This document shows, piece after piece, positions 9,556 through 20,856 of a stretch of DNA of 64,000 bases (position 1 is its first letter; the number at the start of each line of letters is the position of its first letter). Both the position numbers and the translations under genes were made by a program. The notes under the pieces are model-generated. The model did not search any database, had not been told where the DNA came from, and worked only from the letters and a program-made list of their open reading frames with translations. The stretch covers positions 174,855 through 238,854 of the forward strand of contig CAWACO010000003.1 in assembly GCA_963780485.1 (NCBI GenBank), given 5' to 3'. Origin of the DNA: Bryobacterales bacterium (GTDB lineage Bacteria > Acidobacteriota > Terriglobia > Bryobacterales > Bryobacteraceae).

Positions 9556-12500
9556 ATGTGGATTGTCTGGCTTGCCCTCCGGCGCCCCTACACCTTCGTC
9601 GTGATGGCCATCCTCATCGCCATCCTCGGTGTCACCGCCATTGTCACCATGCCGGTCGACATTTTCCCTTACATCGACATCCCCATCGTGGCCGTCTTGT
9701 GGCAGTACTCCGGACTCTCGCCCGAGGAAATGGAGAAGCGCGTCGTCACCAACTTTGAGCGCGGTCTCACCTCCAACGTCAACGACATCGAGCACATCGA
9801 GTCGCAGTCTTACAACAACATCGCCGTAGTCAGGATTTACTTCCACCCCAACGTTCAGATCGACATGGCGGTCGCCCAGGTGAATGCGCAAATGCAAAGC
9901 GCCGTCCGCCAAATGCCGCCGGGAATCTTCCCCGCTAACGTTCTCAAGTACGATGCGGCCAGCGTTCCCGTCCTGCAGCTCGGCCTTTCGAGCAAGACCA
10001 TGCGCGAGCAGGAAATTTTCGACTGGGGACAAAACTTCATCCGCACTCCTCTCGGTACCGTGCAAGGCGCTGCCGTCTCATATCCGTTCGGTGGGAAAAA
10101 CCGAGCAGTTATGGTGGATTTGAATTTAGACGAGCTCTACGCCAAACAGCTTTCGCCCATCGATGTATCGAACGCCCTGACCCTGCAGAACCTGATACTC
10201 CCGGCCGGCACGGCCAAGCTGGCCGAAACCGAATATCAGGTTAAAGTCAACGGCAGCCCGCTGGTCCTCAACGAACTGAATAACCTGCCCATCAAAACGG
10301 TCAACGGCGCAACCGTATACATAAAGGATGTCGCGCAGGTCCGCGATGGCTTTTCCGTCCAGACCAACATCGTCCGCATGAACGGCGCCCGCGGCGTTCT
10401 CATGACCATCACCCGCACCGGCAAGGCCTCCACGCTCGACATCGTCGACTCCGTCAAAAAGGTCCTTCCCCGAATTCTCGCCACCGTCCCGAAGGAGCTG
10501 AACGTTACCGCGCTGGCGGACCAGTCGATCTTCGTTCGAGCGTCCATTCAAGGTGTCGTGCGCGAAGCCCTGATCGCAGCCGGCCTCACCGGCATCATGA
10601 TTCTTCTGTTCCTGGGAAGCTGGCGCAGCACTCTGATCGTGTGCATCTCGATCCCTCTCTCGATTCTCTCCTCCATCTGCATCCTCAGCCTCTTGGGACA
10701 AACCATCAACGTGATGACATTGGGTGGCTTGGCCCTGGCGGTCGGCATCCTGGTGGACGACGCCACGGTCGAGATCGAGAACACCCATCGGAACCTTGGC
10801 ATGAGCAAGCCGCTGGTGCGCGCCGTACTCGATGGCGCTTCACAGATTGCCGTCCCGACGTTTGTCTCGACTCTTTCGATTTGTATCGTGTTCGTTCCCG
10901 TATTGTTGCTCACCGGAACGGCGCGGTATCTGTTCACCCCGCTGGCCATGGCGGTGGTCTTCGCCATGCTCGCATCCTATCTGCTGTCCCGCACCCTCGT
11001 CCCGACCATGGTGAACCACCTTCTCGAGTCGGAAGCCCACTTGTACCAGCAAGGAACTCACGGAGAAACCGCTGGCGGCCGCGGATTGTTCTGGCGCCTT
11101 CACTATATATTCAATCGAGTTTTTGAAAGCCTCCGCTACCGCTACATCGGCCTGCTCGATTGGTCTCTGCGGCATCGCGCGGCGCGTCCTCACCGCCTTC
11201 ATGGTGGTTTCGATCGCTTCGCTCGGCTTGGCCTGGCTGGTCGGCAAGGACTTTTTCCCCAACGTGGACTCGGGCCAAATGAAGCTGCATGCCCGCGCTC
11301 CGGCCGGCACGCGCATTGAACAAACCGAGGTCCGGTTCTCCGCTATCGAGCGCGAAATCCGCAACGTGGTCCCCGCCGATGAGATGGACACCATTATCGA
11401 TAACATCGGTGTTCCCAACAGTTGGTCCAGTCTGGCTCAGGGCGACATCCCCACCATCTCCAGCGCCGATGGCGAAATTTTGATTTCGCTTAAGAAAGAG
11501 CATCACCCCACTCGCGATTACGAAGTTCAGCTCCGGAAGGTGTTCCAGGAAAAATTCCCGGATACCGTCTTCTTCTTCCAGCCGGCCAACATCACCACCC
11601 AGATTTTGAACTTCGGTCTGCCAGCGCCGATCGATCTGCAGGTAGTCGGGCGTGACGCCGCCGCCAATTATAAGATCGCCCAAAAGCTCGCGGAGAGAAT
11701 TTCGCATATTCCCGGAGCCGCCGACGTACACGTGCATCAAGTGGTCAACCAGCCGGAAATCGCGCTGAACGTGGATCGCGCCAAAGCCGCACAAATGGGT
11801 TTGACCGAGCACGACGTCAGCACCAATATGCTGATCTCTTTGAGCGGCAATAGCACTATCGCGCCGGCCTTCTGGCTGAACTGGTCCAACGGCGTCAACT
11901 ACAACATCGGAGTGCAGACTCCGCAATACAAGGTCGATTCGCTCGACGCCTTGCTGCGCACCCCGGTGTCGGTGGCCAGCAATGCCGTCAACACCACGAC
12001 TCCCGGCTCGCAGGCCGGCGTGTCGGCGGCGGGGAATGCTTTCGTAAGCACTTCGCCCAACGGTTCTTCGCAAGCCTACGGAAACCCCGGCGCCATGCCC
12101 GGCAGCACGCAGCTCCTTTCCAATCTGGTTACCGTTCAACGCGACTACACCCCCGTGATCGTCAATCACTACAATGTCTGGCCCGTTTTTGACGTTTACG
12201 CCAACGTCGACCGTCGTGATCTAGGCGGCGTCGGGTCGGAAGTGGAAAAGATCATGCAACAGGAGAACGCGCATTTGCCGCGCGGCACCACGCTCGATCA
12301 GCGCGGACAGTATCAGACCATGCAATCGTCGTTCTTCCGTCTCGGTGTGGGTATCATCTTCGCCGTGATCCTGGTCTATCTGCTCATGTCCGTGAACTTT
12401 CAATCCTGGCTCGATCCGTTCATCATCCTGACGGCGCTGCCGGGTGCGGTAGCCGGTATTCTGTGGATGTTGTTCGTCACCGGGACCACTCTGAGCGTCC

Positions 12501-12901
12501 CCTCGCTGATGGGCGCGATCATGTGCATCGGCGTTGCCACCGCCAACAGCATTTTGATGGTCACCTTCGCCAACGACGAGCGATCCATTGTGCCTTCCGC
12601 CCGCGAAGCCATGCTGTCGGCCGGTCACGCCCGCATCCGGCCGGTGTTAATGACCGCCTCTGCCATGATCCTGGGGATGCTCCCCATGTCGCTCGGTTGG
12701 GGGGAAGGCGGCGAGCAGAACGCACCGCTGGCCCGCGCCGTCATCGGCGGTCTGATGTTCGCCACTGTCACGACCCTATTCGTCGTGCCCATCATTTATA
12801 GTTACCTGCGGACGAAACCTCCGGTCGATCACGAGCGCCAATTAGAGGCACAAAGAAGGGAGGGCTTTGGAGATTCCCAGTGGAATCTTGACCGTCCTTA
12901 G
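9556..12901 (+). pseudogene. RND efflux permease (AcrB/HAE1-like) interrupted by a +1 frameshift
   Basis: Two overlapping ORFs (9556-11319 and 11123-12901) together encode one about 1115-aa RND permease. The first frame is family-like up to FESLRYRYIGLLDWSLRHRA. The next frame continues with RRVLTAFMVVSIASLGLAWLVGKDFFPNVDSGQ. The junction lies in the GC run CGCGCGGCGCG at about 11176-11190. Confidence 0.8.
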
Positions 12902-12909
12902 AGCATTGA

Positions 12910-14274
12910 ATGCGTCATACCGAACCTGATCAACCCGAGTTCCAAGCCGTGGACGAGACCACCGAGGAGCGGCTCCGCCGGGAAAATGAAGAGCTCAAAC
13001 GCCAGCTTCAGGAGCACAAGCGCTTGGCCCACGGCTCCCCGCACACCGCCGCGGCTGGAAAAGTGTGGCATCCCTCTTCCATCACGATTTGGTCCATCAC
13101 GCTCGGGGCCGCGCTCCTGATTGCGGCGGCTTTCCTGGGCGGCTACATTCCGCTTAAGAAGCGCGAGAGCGTGATCCTCAACCAAGCTCGCGAACAAGAG
13201 GAGGCGTTGCCCCGTGTGGACGTCATGGAGGTGGGCCGCTCGTCGACGAAAAGCGATTTGGAGCTGCCCGGCAACATCCAGGCGGTTACCGAAGCGCCCA
13301 TTCTGGCCCGCGCCGACGGCTATGTCAAAACCCGCTTGGTGGATATTGGCGATCGCGTGCGCTCGGGCCAGCCTCTAGCCGAAATCGAAGCGCCCGAGCT
13401 CGACCAGCAGGTTCTACAAGCCCGAGCGAACTTGCAGCAGACCACGGCGGCGCTCGACCAGGCTCTTGCCAATCAGCGCCAGGGTAAAGCCAATATGGAG
13501 CTCGCGCGCGTCACTGCCGATCGCTGGAAAACCCTGGCCGGCAAAGGCGTCGTTTCGCGCCAGGAGAACGATCAGTATCAGGCCCAGTACCAAGCCCAGG
13601 TTGCCAATCTTGATTCGCTCGACAAGGCGATTGCCGCCGCACGGAGCAACGTTGTGGCCGCCCAAGCGAACCTGTCGCGTCTCAACGAGCTGCAGAAGTA
13701 CCTGGTGGTCAAGGCGCCCTTCGATGGCATCATCACCTTGCGCAACGTGGATGTTGGAGCGCTGGTGAACACTGGCAGCACGCTACTTTACCGCATCGCG
13801 CAGATGAGTGTGCTCCGAACTTATGTCAATGTCCCACAGTCGGACGCCGATTCGATCCACGTCGGCCAGACAGCTCAACTGACCGTTTCGAACCTGCCTG
13901 GCCGCAAGTTCTCCGGAACGGTGGCCCGGACGGCAAATTCGCTCGACCCCAACAGCCGCACCATGCTGGTCGAAGTCCAGGTGCAGAATAAGGATGGCGT
14001 TCTGCTACCCGGCATGTACGCGCTGGTTGATTTGTCGAGCCCCCGCGCCAACCCACCGGTGCTGCTCCCCGGCGATGCCCTGATCGTGCGCGCCGATGGA
14101 ACCGAGGTCGCGATGGTTCGCCCGGATAATACCATCCATCTGCAGCGCATCCAAATTGGTCGCGATTACGGCGACAAACTCGAGATCATCAGCGGCCTCC
14201 AGCCCGGCGACCTGGTGATCGCCAACCCCAGCGACACCATCCGGGAAGGCGTCAAAGTCGACCCCGTCCGGTAG
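12910..14274 (+). CDS. RND periplasmic adaptor (HlyD/MFP family) with an N-terminal coiled-coil/TM extension
   Basis: 454 aa with MFP motifs (ARADGYVKTRLVDIGDRVRSGQPLAEIEAPELDQQ, VVKAPFDGIITLRNVDVG). It starts 9 nt after the permease. Confidence 0.85.
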   Translation: MRHTEPDQPEFQAVDETTEERLRRENEELKRQLQEHKRLAHGSPHTAAAGKVWHPSSITIWSITLGAALLIAAAFLGGYIPLKKRESVILNQAREQEEALPRVDVMEVGRSSTKSDLELPGNIQAVTEAPILARADGYVKTRLVDIGDRVRSGQPLAEIEAPELDQQVLQARANLQQTTAALDQALANQRQGKANMELARVTADRWKTLAGKGVVSRQENDQYQAQYQAQVANLDSLDKAIAAARSNVVAAQANLSRLNELQKYLVVKAPFDGIITLRNVDVGALVNTGSTLLYRIAQMSVLRTYVNVPQSDADSIHVGQTAQLTVSNLPGRKFSGTVARTANSLDPNSRTMLVEVQVQNKDGVLLPGMYALVDLSSPRANPPVLLPGDALIVRADGTEVAMVRPDNTIHLQRIQIGRDYGDKLEIISGLQPGDLVIANPSDTIREGVKVDPVR

Positions 14275-14328
14275 CGTAGCGCACACACTCCTGCGTGCCG
14301 CGTCTGGCACCCCTGCCGACGCATTGCT

Positions 14329-14628
14329 ATGCTCTTGTGCAGCCGCAGTCGACTCACCCGAAGCCAGCGCCTCACCCGCCAAGTCGAGCGGACCCTCGCG
14401 CTGCTCCGCCAGATCCAGGCCGAGCGCCGCGCAAACGAAGAGCGCCAGCTCGAAAAAGCTGCCAAGATTTTGAAAATGCACAAGGACCAAAATCTTCCTT
14501 ACGAACCTGCCGAGGATGGCTTCGTTTTTTCGAACGGCCAGATCGAAACGTTTCTGCGTCGCCAAGATCGTTCTGAGCAGGCCAACAGTCACGACTTCTA
14601 TGCTGAGGCCAGTGGCGCAAGGCTCTGA
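14329..14628 (+). CDS. Hypothetical small protein (weak call)
   Basis: 99-codon ORF in a 390-bp gap. It has a charged, coiled-coil-like composition and no recognisable motif. Confidence 0.25.
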   Translation: MLLCSRSRLTRSQRLTRQVERTLALLRQIQAERRANEERQLEKAAKILKMHKDQNLPYEPAEDGFVFSNGQIETFLRRQDRSEQANSHDFYAEASGARL

Positions 14629-14664
14629 CCTGCGATTAAAGGTGTAAAATCACTTTAACCCTTC

Positions 14665-16887
14665 ATGAGACACTATCGCGCCTTCATTCCTTGGGCGTTG
14701 GCACTCGGTCAGGGTCTTCACGCCCAGGTTCCGGCGAAGGTCGATTTCGCGCGCGACGTTCAACCCATCTTCAAGACCTATTGCATCGGCTGCCACGGAC
14801 CGTCTCAGCAAATGAACGGGCTAAGGCTTGACCGGCGTCGCGATGCCATGCGCGGCGGCACGCTCCCGGTGATCGGCCCTGAAAACGCGGCCGCCAGCCG
14901 GCTCTACCTCAGACTGATTGGCAGCCAATATGGACTACAGATGCCGCCCACTGGAGCTTTGAGCAGCGAACAGATTGGCATCATCAAGGCCTGGATCGAT
15001 CAGGGCGCGCAATGGCCCGACGAGGTTTCTGGAGAAACTCCTCCAGCGCCTCCCGACCCTAAAGCTGCGCCAATGATGGATGCGCTGCGCAACGGCGATC
15101 GCCAGATTTTCCAGAAGCTGCTCAAGTCTGATCCCCAGGTCGCGAATCGCAAAGGGATAGGCGGCTCGACCCCGCTCATGTATGCCGCGCTCTACGGAGA
15201 CGCTGCCACTGTGCGGCTTCTGCTCGCGAGCGGGGCGAATCCCAACCTCCGGAACGACGCCGGCGCCACGGCTCTCATGTGGGCCGCGGACGATGCGGAA
15301 AAGACGCGACTGTTACTGGAAAATGGAGGCGACGCGAATGCGCGTTCCGACGACGGCCGCACGCCGTTGATAATCGCTGCCGATCAATATGGCGCCAGCC
15401 CGGTTGTCAAGTTACTGCTGGATCATGGCGCGAAGCCGTCCGTCAAGGCTTCGGAAAACGGCGTTGGTGGAGTAAGTCCGCTGGCCGCGGCGGCCCGCGC
15501 CGCCGACGAGGCCACCATGCGTCTACTGATCGAACACGGCGCCAGTGTCAAAGATGCCGGTCCGCAGGGACTGTACCTCGCTCTCCACTCGAACTGCGCC
15601 GCGTGTCGTGAACTAATGATCCAGTCTGCCGATCGCACTTTCTTGAGTGCGGCCATGCTGCTGAACAGTCCGCCGCGTGGCGAAGCGCTGGATGTCAAAA
15701 TGTTACTCGATCGCGGCGCGGATGTGAATGCTACCGATCGCGAAGGCCGCACTATCCTGATGCTGGCGGCCAGTTCCGACGCTCTTCCCATCGAGGGGGT
15801 CCGGACACTGCTCGAACGGGGCGCCGATATCCATGCCAAAACCGCGCAGGGAGAAACTGCGCTGCACTTTGCGAAGCTGCGCGGCAACACCCCGGTTGTC
15901 GACCTGCTGATCAACGCCGGCGCGAGAGAGACCGGCGAATCCGCTGGGCCGATCGCTAGACCCGCGCCCGCCGCTTCTCCGCGCGCTGCGGTGGCACGAA
16001 GCATTCCGCTTTTGCAGCGAACCGACGTGACTTTTCTGCGGAAAGCCGGCTGCGTTTCCTGCCACAACAATTCCCTCACCGCCATGGCTGTCGCAAGAGC
16101 CCGAAGCAACGGAATTCCGGTCGATGATGAGATCGCGCGCAAACAATTGGCGAGCATCGGAAGTTACATCGAGAGCTGGCGCGAGCGCGTTTTGCAGGGG
16201 GAAGGCATTCCAGGCCTCTCCGACACCATCAGTTACATTCTCCTTGGAATGGCCGCCGAGAATTATCCCCCCGACCGCGCCACTGATGCTTTAGCCCGCT
16301 ATCTGAAAGGCCGCCAATCTCCCGATGGGCGATGGAGGATCAGAGACCATCGTCCGCCACTCGAAACCAGCGATATTTCACTCACAGCCATCTCGCTGCG
16401 CGCGATTCAGGTGTACGCTCTCAAAGCCCAGCGGCAAGAATATGAGAAAGCCGTCCAGCTTGCAGCGCGGTGGCTTGAGAACGCTCAGCCGGGAAGCACT
16501 GAAGATCGTGCGTTTCAGTTGCTGGGCCTGACCTGGGCGGGCGGGAATAAAGACAGCATCCGCAAAGCTGCGCGCGCCCTACTAGCCGAACAACGATCCG
16601 ACGGCGGCTGGGCTCAGATTCCAACGCTCGCGAGCGACGCTTATGCCACCGGCCAAGCCTTGGTGGCGTTGAAGGATTCCGGTACTCTCGGCATCGCTGA
16701 CCCAGCGTGCAAGCGCGCCGTTCAGTTCCTGATGAGCACACAGTTCGAAGATGGATCGTGGTACGTGCGAAGCCGCGATCTTGCGATCATGCCCTTCTTC
16801 GAGAGCGATTTTCCTTATGGCCGCGACCAATGGATTTCAGTCGCAGGCACCAATTGGGCCAGCATGGCCCTGGCATCCTCTCATTAG
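14665..16887 (+). CDS. Secreted multidomain protein: PSCyt1-type cytochrome c domain, ankyrin repeats and a prenyltransferase/squalene-cyclase-like alpha-alpha toroid
   Basis: It has a signal peptide. The block FARDVQPIFKTYCIGCHG...LRLD matches the Planctomycete cytochrome c motif. Several ANK repeats follow (GSTPLMYAALYGDAATVRLLLASGANPN and others). A second CxxCH (CVSCHN) is present, and the C-terminal repeats (QRSDGGWAQ, QFEDGSWY) are typical of terpenoid-cyclase-like toroids. Confidence 0.8.
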   Translation: MRHYRAFIPWALALGQGLHAQVPAKVDFARDVQPIFKTYCIGCHGPSQQMNGLRLDRRRDAMRGGTLPVIGPENAAASRLYLRLIGSQYGLQMPPTGALSSEQIGIIKAWIDQGAQWPDEVSGETPPAPPDPKAAPMMDALRNGDRQIFQKLLKSDPQVANRKGIGGSTPLMYAALYGDAATVRLLLASGANPNLRNDAGATALMWAADDAEKTRLLLENGGDANARSDDGRTPLIIAADQYGASPVVKLLLDHGAKPSVKASENGVGGVSPLAAAARAADEATMRLLIEHGASVKDAGPQGLYLALHSNCAACRELMIQSADRTFLSAAMLLNSPPRGEALDVKMLLDRGADVNATDREGRTILMLAASSDALPIEGVRTLLERGADIHAKTAQGETALHFAKLRGNTPVVDLLINAGARETGESAGPIARPAPAASPRAAVARSIPLLQRTDVTFLRKAGCVSCHNNSLTAMAVARARSNGIPVDDEIARKQLASIGSYIESWRERVLQGEGIPGLSDTISYILLGMAAENYPPDRATDALARYLKGRQSPDGRWRIRDHRPPLETSDISLTAISLRAIQVYALKAQRQEYEKAVQLAARWLENAQPGSTEDRAFQLLGLTWAGGNKDSIRKAARALLAEQRSDGGWAQIPTLASDAYATGQALVALKDSGTLGIADPACKRAVQFLMSTQFEDGSWYVRSRDLAIMPFFESDFPYGRDQWISVAGTNWASMALASSH

Positions 16888-16904
16888 CGTGGCGCAGGTC
16901 CCCG

Positions 16905-17258
16905 TTAGGGAATTCTCCAGATCAGATACCCAGCGATAACAGTTCCCACGATGGCGCCGCCGTAGCAGAACGTATTCACTAGCTCGTCCAGATGCTTGAT
17001 CTGCAGGCCGTCATAAAGCGTGTAGCGGAACCGGTGCGCCCAATGAAACAGCGGCAGCATGCACAGCACGAACAGATATGCACGCCCGATCGGGCTGCGG
17101 GCCAGAGCCAGCACGCTATCGTAACTCGGGGCGTTCAGCCATCCCAGCGGAAAAGCCAGGCCAAACAGGAACAGATGAATCGGGATCAGCAGCGCCGCAA
17201 CCACTCCGCCCGCGCTGAAGAGCAGCCAGACAAAAGGCTCATTGGATCGCTTGTGCAT
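16905..17258 (-). CDS. frdD: Fumarate reductase membrane anchor subunit D
   Basis: About 117 aa with 3 TM helices. MHKRSNEPFVWLLFSAGGVVAALLIP resembles the E. coli FrdD N-terminus. It is the last gene of the frd cluster. I chose the ATG at 17258, 1 nt after the frdC stop. Confidence 0.8.
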   Translation of the reverse strand: MHKRSNEPFVWLLFSAGGVVAALLIPIHLFLFGLAFPLGWLNAPSYDSVLALARSPIGRAYLFVLCMLPLFHWAHRFRYTLYDGLQIKHLDELVNTFCYGGAIVGTVIAGYLIWRIP

Positions 17259-17259
17259 T

Positions 17260-17667
17260 TTATCCTCGCAAAAGCAGCCAGGCCACGGCCGCCGAAACAA
17301 TCACCCATGCTACATATTGCGGTCCGGCGATGAAGATCCCCGGGAGCCGCTTCCCGCCCAGACGCACAGCCATCGCCTTGGGCGCCAGGTTAAACCAGGT
17401 GATGGCGTGAAAGACCACGAAGAACAGACTGATCACATTCAATGCGATGACAATCGGATTGGTGAAGAAATCCTGCATTTCCAGCCAACCCTCCGGCCCG
17501 TCGATCAATGCGTTGATCTGCAGCAGCGTTTCGATTACAAACCAGGCTACGAATACGCTGCTTATCTCGCGCAGGATGAACTTCAGATAGGGCCAGCGGC
17601 CCAGCCACCAATAAGTGGACATGCGGACACGATACCCTTTGGGCGGATAGCTGGTGTAAGTCGCCAT
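17260..17667 (-). CDS. frdC: Fumarate reductase membrane anchor subunit C
   Basis: The STYWWLGRWPYLKFILREISSVFVAWF motif is FrdC-like. The ATG at 17667 shares one base with the frdB TGA. A GTG at 17670 is the alternative start. Confidence 0.8.
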   Translation of the reverse strand: MATYTSYPPKGYRVRMSTYWWLGRWPYLKFILREISSVFVAWFVIETLLQINALIDGPEGWLEMQDFFTNPIVIALNVISLFFVVFHAITWFNLAPKAMAVRLGGKRLPGIFIAGPQYVAWVIVSAAVAWLLLRG

Positions 17668-18410
17668 CACTTACCTCCCCAAGGCATCAGCAGCGATTTG
17701 ACCCACTCCTGCGTCGCGGTCAGTTTATATTGCTGAATTGCGCCGGCGGGATCGACATGCTTGGGGCAGACCTGGGTGCAGTCTCCCACGAAAGTGCAGC
17801 CCCAGATTCCGTCGTGCTGCGATAAAATATCGAGCCGCTCGCTTTTGCCCTCGTCGCGAGAATCCATGTTGTAGCGCTGCGCCAGCGCCAAGGCTGCCGG
17901 ACCGGCGAACAGCGGGTCCAGCCCGTAGACCGGGCAAGCCGCGTAGCACAGCAGGCAGTTAATGCACATGCTGAATTGCCGGTACGTTTCCAGTTGCTCG
18001 GGCGATTGCAGATATTCGCCCTCGGAGGGCGCCTTCTCTTTCTCGCGGATCAGCCAGGGCTTCACCTTCGAGAGCTTTTCCAAAAAATCGGTGATCTCGA
18101 CGATAAGGTCGCGCATGACCGGGAAATTTTTAAGCGGTTCCACGCGCACCGGGCCGGGCGCATAGTCGGTCAGGAACGTCGCGCAGGTCAGCTTGGGTTC
18201 GCCATTCACCATCATTCCGCAACTGCCGCAGACTCCCATGCGGCACGACCAGCGGAACGACAAAGACCCGTCCACTTTGTCCTTCACGTAGTTCAGCGCG
18301 TCCAAAACCACCCACTCCTTGCGAAGCGGAACATCGAAGCTCTGCACCGAGGGCGTCTTATCCCGTTCCGGCGAGAAGCGTGTAACTTCGAGAGCGATCT
18401 GTTCAGCCAT
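17667..18410 (-). CDS. frdB: Fumarate reductase/succinate dehydrogenase iron-sulfur subunit
   Basis: Three Cys clusters are present ([39 protein letters not shown]). ATG 18410 lies 6 nt after the frdA stop. Confidence 0.9.
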   Translation of the reverse strand: MAEQIALEVTRFSPERDKTPSVQSFDVPLRKEWVVLDALNYVKDKVDGSLSFRWSCRMGVCGSCGMMVNGEPKLTCATFLTDYAPGPVRVEPLKNFPVMRDLIVEITDFLEKLSKVKPWLIREKEKAPSEGEYLQSPEQLETYRQFSMCINCLLCYAACPVYGLDPLFAGPAALALAQRYNMDSRDEGKSERLDILSQHDGIWGCTFVGDCTQVCPKHVDPAGAIQQYKLTATQEWVKSLLMPWGGK

Positions 18411-18416
18411 AAGCAA

Positions 18417-20162
18417 TCATTTTCCGTAAACTCGTTCCGCGGGCGGCCAGCGCGTGATCGTCACGGGCTGATAACTCACCACCGGCACGCCGTCCTCCTG
18501 GCGCGCTACGAGGGAATGCGCGAGAAACTTTTGGTCGTCGCGGGCCGGGAAATCCGTGCGCTGATGCGCGCCGCGCGACTCGGTCCGATGGAGCGCGCAT
18601 TGAATCATAGCCTCGGCCACGTCCAGCATTGACCCTAGTTCCAGCGCGGCCACCAACTCGGTGTTGAAGGTGCGGCTGTGATCGTCCAGACCGACGTCCA
18701 GGAACCGCTCCTGCAGCTCGCGTAGCTTGTGGGCGCCTTTCTCCAGCGATTCGCCGGAGCGATAGATGCCGGCGCTCTGCTCCATGGTCTTCTGCATCTC
18801 TTCCCGGATGGTGGCGATGCGCTCGCGGCCGCCTGTCTTATTCAGGAACTGGTCCTCCAGCCGCGTTTCTTCATCGGCCGCCTGCGCCAGCAGATGCCGC
18901 CCGGGCATTCTCTGCACGGACGCGAACTCGGCCGCGTCCCTTCCGGCCCTGGCTCCAAACACCAGACACTCTGTCAGCGAGTTCGACCCGAGCCGGTTCG
19001 CTCCGTTGATGCTGACGCACGCCGCTTCACCGGCGGCGTACAGACCCTTGAGCGCGGTCGCGCCGTTCATGTCGGTGTGAATGCCGCCCATCACGTAATG
19101 GATCACGGGCCGCACCGGGATCAACTCCTTCACCGGATCCAGGTTTTCGTACTTGAGGCACAGCTCGCGAACGAAGGGAATCTTGGCGTTGATCTTCTTC
19201 TCACCCAAGTGGCGAAGATCTAGGTGCACCACGGCCCCGTACGGGCCATCGATGGTTCGGCCTTTCTCGTATTCCTTCACGAACGCCTGTGACAACCGAT
19301 CGCGTGGCCCCAGTTCCATGGTGCGCAGCACGGGCTCCGGCTGCGGCTTGCCCAAACTGTAGTCTTGCAGATACCGATAACCATCCTTGTTTAGCATGTA
19401 GCCGCCCTCAGCCCGGGCCGCTTCGGTTATCAGAATGCCGGTGAACGGGAGCCCTGTCGGATGGTACTGGACGAACTCCATGTCCTTCAAGGGAGCGCCG
19501 GAGCGATACGCCAGCGCCATGCCGTCGCCGGTCTTGATGGCGGCGTTAGTGGTGAACGGGAAGACTCGCCCAGCGCCGCCCGTGCACAGGATCACGGCTC
19601 GCGCTGCAATGGCCTGGATCTTGCCGCTCGAAATTTCGATGGCGACACAGCCCTGCACCTGCCCGTCTTCGATCAGCAGTTTGGTGGCGTAATATTCGTC
19701 ATACCGCTGGACGGCATTGTATTTGAGCGAAGTCTGAAACAGCGTGTGCAGCATGTGGAAGCCGGTTTTATCGGCGGCAAACCAAGTGCGCTCTTTCTTC
19801 ATTCCGCCGAAGGGCCGCACAGCCACGCGCCCGTCCGGCTCGCGATTCCACGGACAGCCCCAATGTTCCAGCCGCATCAGTTCCAGCGGCGCTTCTTTGA
19901 CGAACATTTCGACGGCATCCTGATCCGGCAGCCAGTCGCCACCGGAGATGGTGTCGTAAGCGTGCTCGTCGAAGCTGTCGTCGGGCCGGATGGCGCCGGC
20001 GGCCCCGCCTTCCGCGGATACCGTATGGCTCCGCATCGGGTAGACCTTGGAAACAACCGCGACTCTGAGGTTGGGATTGGTTTCGGCAACGGCGATGGCG
20101 GCTCTCAACCCTGCTCCGCCACCGCCGATTAAGAGAACATCGGTCGAGGAGATGTCCAGCAT
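18417..20162 (-). CDS. frdA: Fumarate reductase flavoprotein subunit
   Basis: 581 aa and highly colinear with E. coli FrdA as I recall it. Shared motifs are [46 protein letters not shown] and [11 protein letters not shown]. Confidence 0.95.
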   Translation of the reverse strand: MLDISSTDVLLIGGGGAGLRAAIAVAETNPNLRVAVVSKVYPMRSHTVSAEGGAAGAIRPDDSFDEHAYDTISGGDWLPDQDAVEMFVKEAPLELMRLEHWGCPWNREPDGRVAVRPFGGMKKERTWFAADKTGFHMLHTLFQTSLKYNAVQRYDEYYATKLLIEDGQVQGCVAIEISSGKIQAIAARAVILCTGGAGRVFPFTTNAAIKTGDGMALAYRSGAPLKDMEFVQYHPTGLPFTGILITEAARAEGGYMLNKDGYRYLQDYSLGKPQPEPVLRTMELGPRDRLSQAFVKEYEKGRTIDGPYGAVVHLDLRHLGEKKINAKIPFVRELCLKYENLDPVKELIPVRPVIHYVMGGIHTDMNGATALKGLYAAGEAACVSINGANRLGSNSLTECLVFGARAGRDAAEFASVQRMPGRHLLAQAADEETRLEDQFLNKTGGRERIATIREEMQKTMEQSAGIYRSGESLEKGAHKLRELQERFLDVGLDDHSRTFNTELVAALELGSMLDVAEAMIQCALHRTESRGAHQRTDFPARDDQKFLAHSLVARQEDGVPVVSYQPVTITRWPPAERVYGK

Positions 20163-20271
20163 ATTCGGGCGATCTTAGATCTTACCACCGCCCAGCCCTC
20201 ACGGGGCGTCATCGGTAGGGTAAAAAAATCTTGTAACGCCGCGGCATCGATCAGAGTCAAACGACAAAACT

Positions 20272-20700
20272 ATGAGTGTCGGGACCAAGGCCGTCCAGAT
20301 TTTGTTGATTGAAGACAGCGCCGGGGACGCGCTGTTGACGGGCCAGATTGTGGCCGAGTCTCCGATTCCGATCAAGCTCGTTATCGCTCGAGACGGTGGG
20401 CAGGCGCTCAGCATGCTCAATGACCCCGGCTTTCAGCCTGCCCTGATCATCCTGGATCTGAATATTCCCCTGATTTCGGGGCACGCCGTCCTCGAGCGCA
20501 ACCCGCGAAATGAGATTCCAGTAGTGATTTTTAGCGTATCTAGCGATGAGCGCGATGTGCAGCGCGCGTTAGCGTTAGGAGCACGCGAATACGTTCAAAA
20601 ACCGATGAATCTGGAGGCCTACAAAAACGCTGTGTTGGGAATTATCGAGAAATGGGCTCGGCCGGAAAACGGTGGGGCTGAGGGAGCGGCAGCCAGTTAG
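20272..20700 (+). CDS. Single-domain response regulator (CheY-like receiver)
   Basis: The pattern ILLIEDSAGDALL...LIILDLNIP...VVIFSVSS...YVQKP gives the acidic pocket, acceptor Asp and conserved Lys. There is no output domain. Confidence 0.85.
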   Translation: MSVGTKAVQILLIEDSAGDALLTGQIVAESPIPIKLVIARDGGQALSMLNDPGFQPALIILDLNIPLISGHAVLERNPRNEIPVVIFSVSSDERDVQRALALGAREYVQKPMNLEAYKNAVLGIIEKWARPENGGAEGAAAS

Positions 20701-20856
20701 TCCGCCCAAAGCGAGTCCGGGTTATTAGAACCAAATCGCGGGCAGTACCGCGACATTTTGGCCTTCAAAGCTGCCATCTTGTCGCTTCCAAACTTGCCTG
20801 CCGCGAGTCCCACCTCGTAAAACATCCAGTCCCTTGGACTTTTCCGCGTACTGCCT

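Noticed and set aside
20697-20828. A 43-codon minus-strand ORF (MFYEVGLAAGKFGSDKMAALKAKMSRYCPRFGSNNPDSLWAD) in the gap after the response-regulator gene.
   Set aside because: It has no RBS and no recognisable family, and it overlaps the convergent regulator stop. Its length is well within chance for this gap. It would need conservation or expression evidence.
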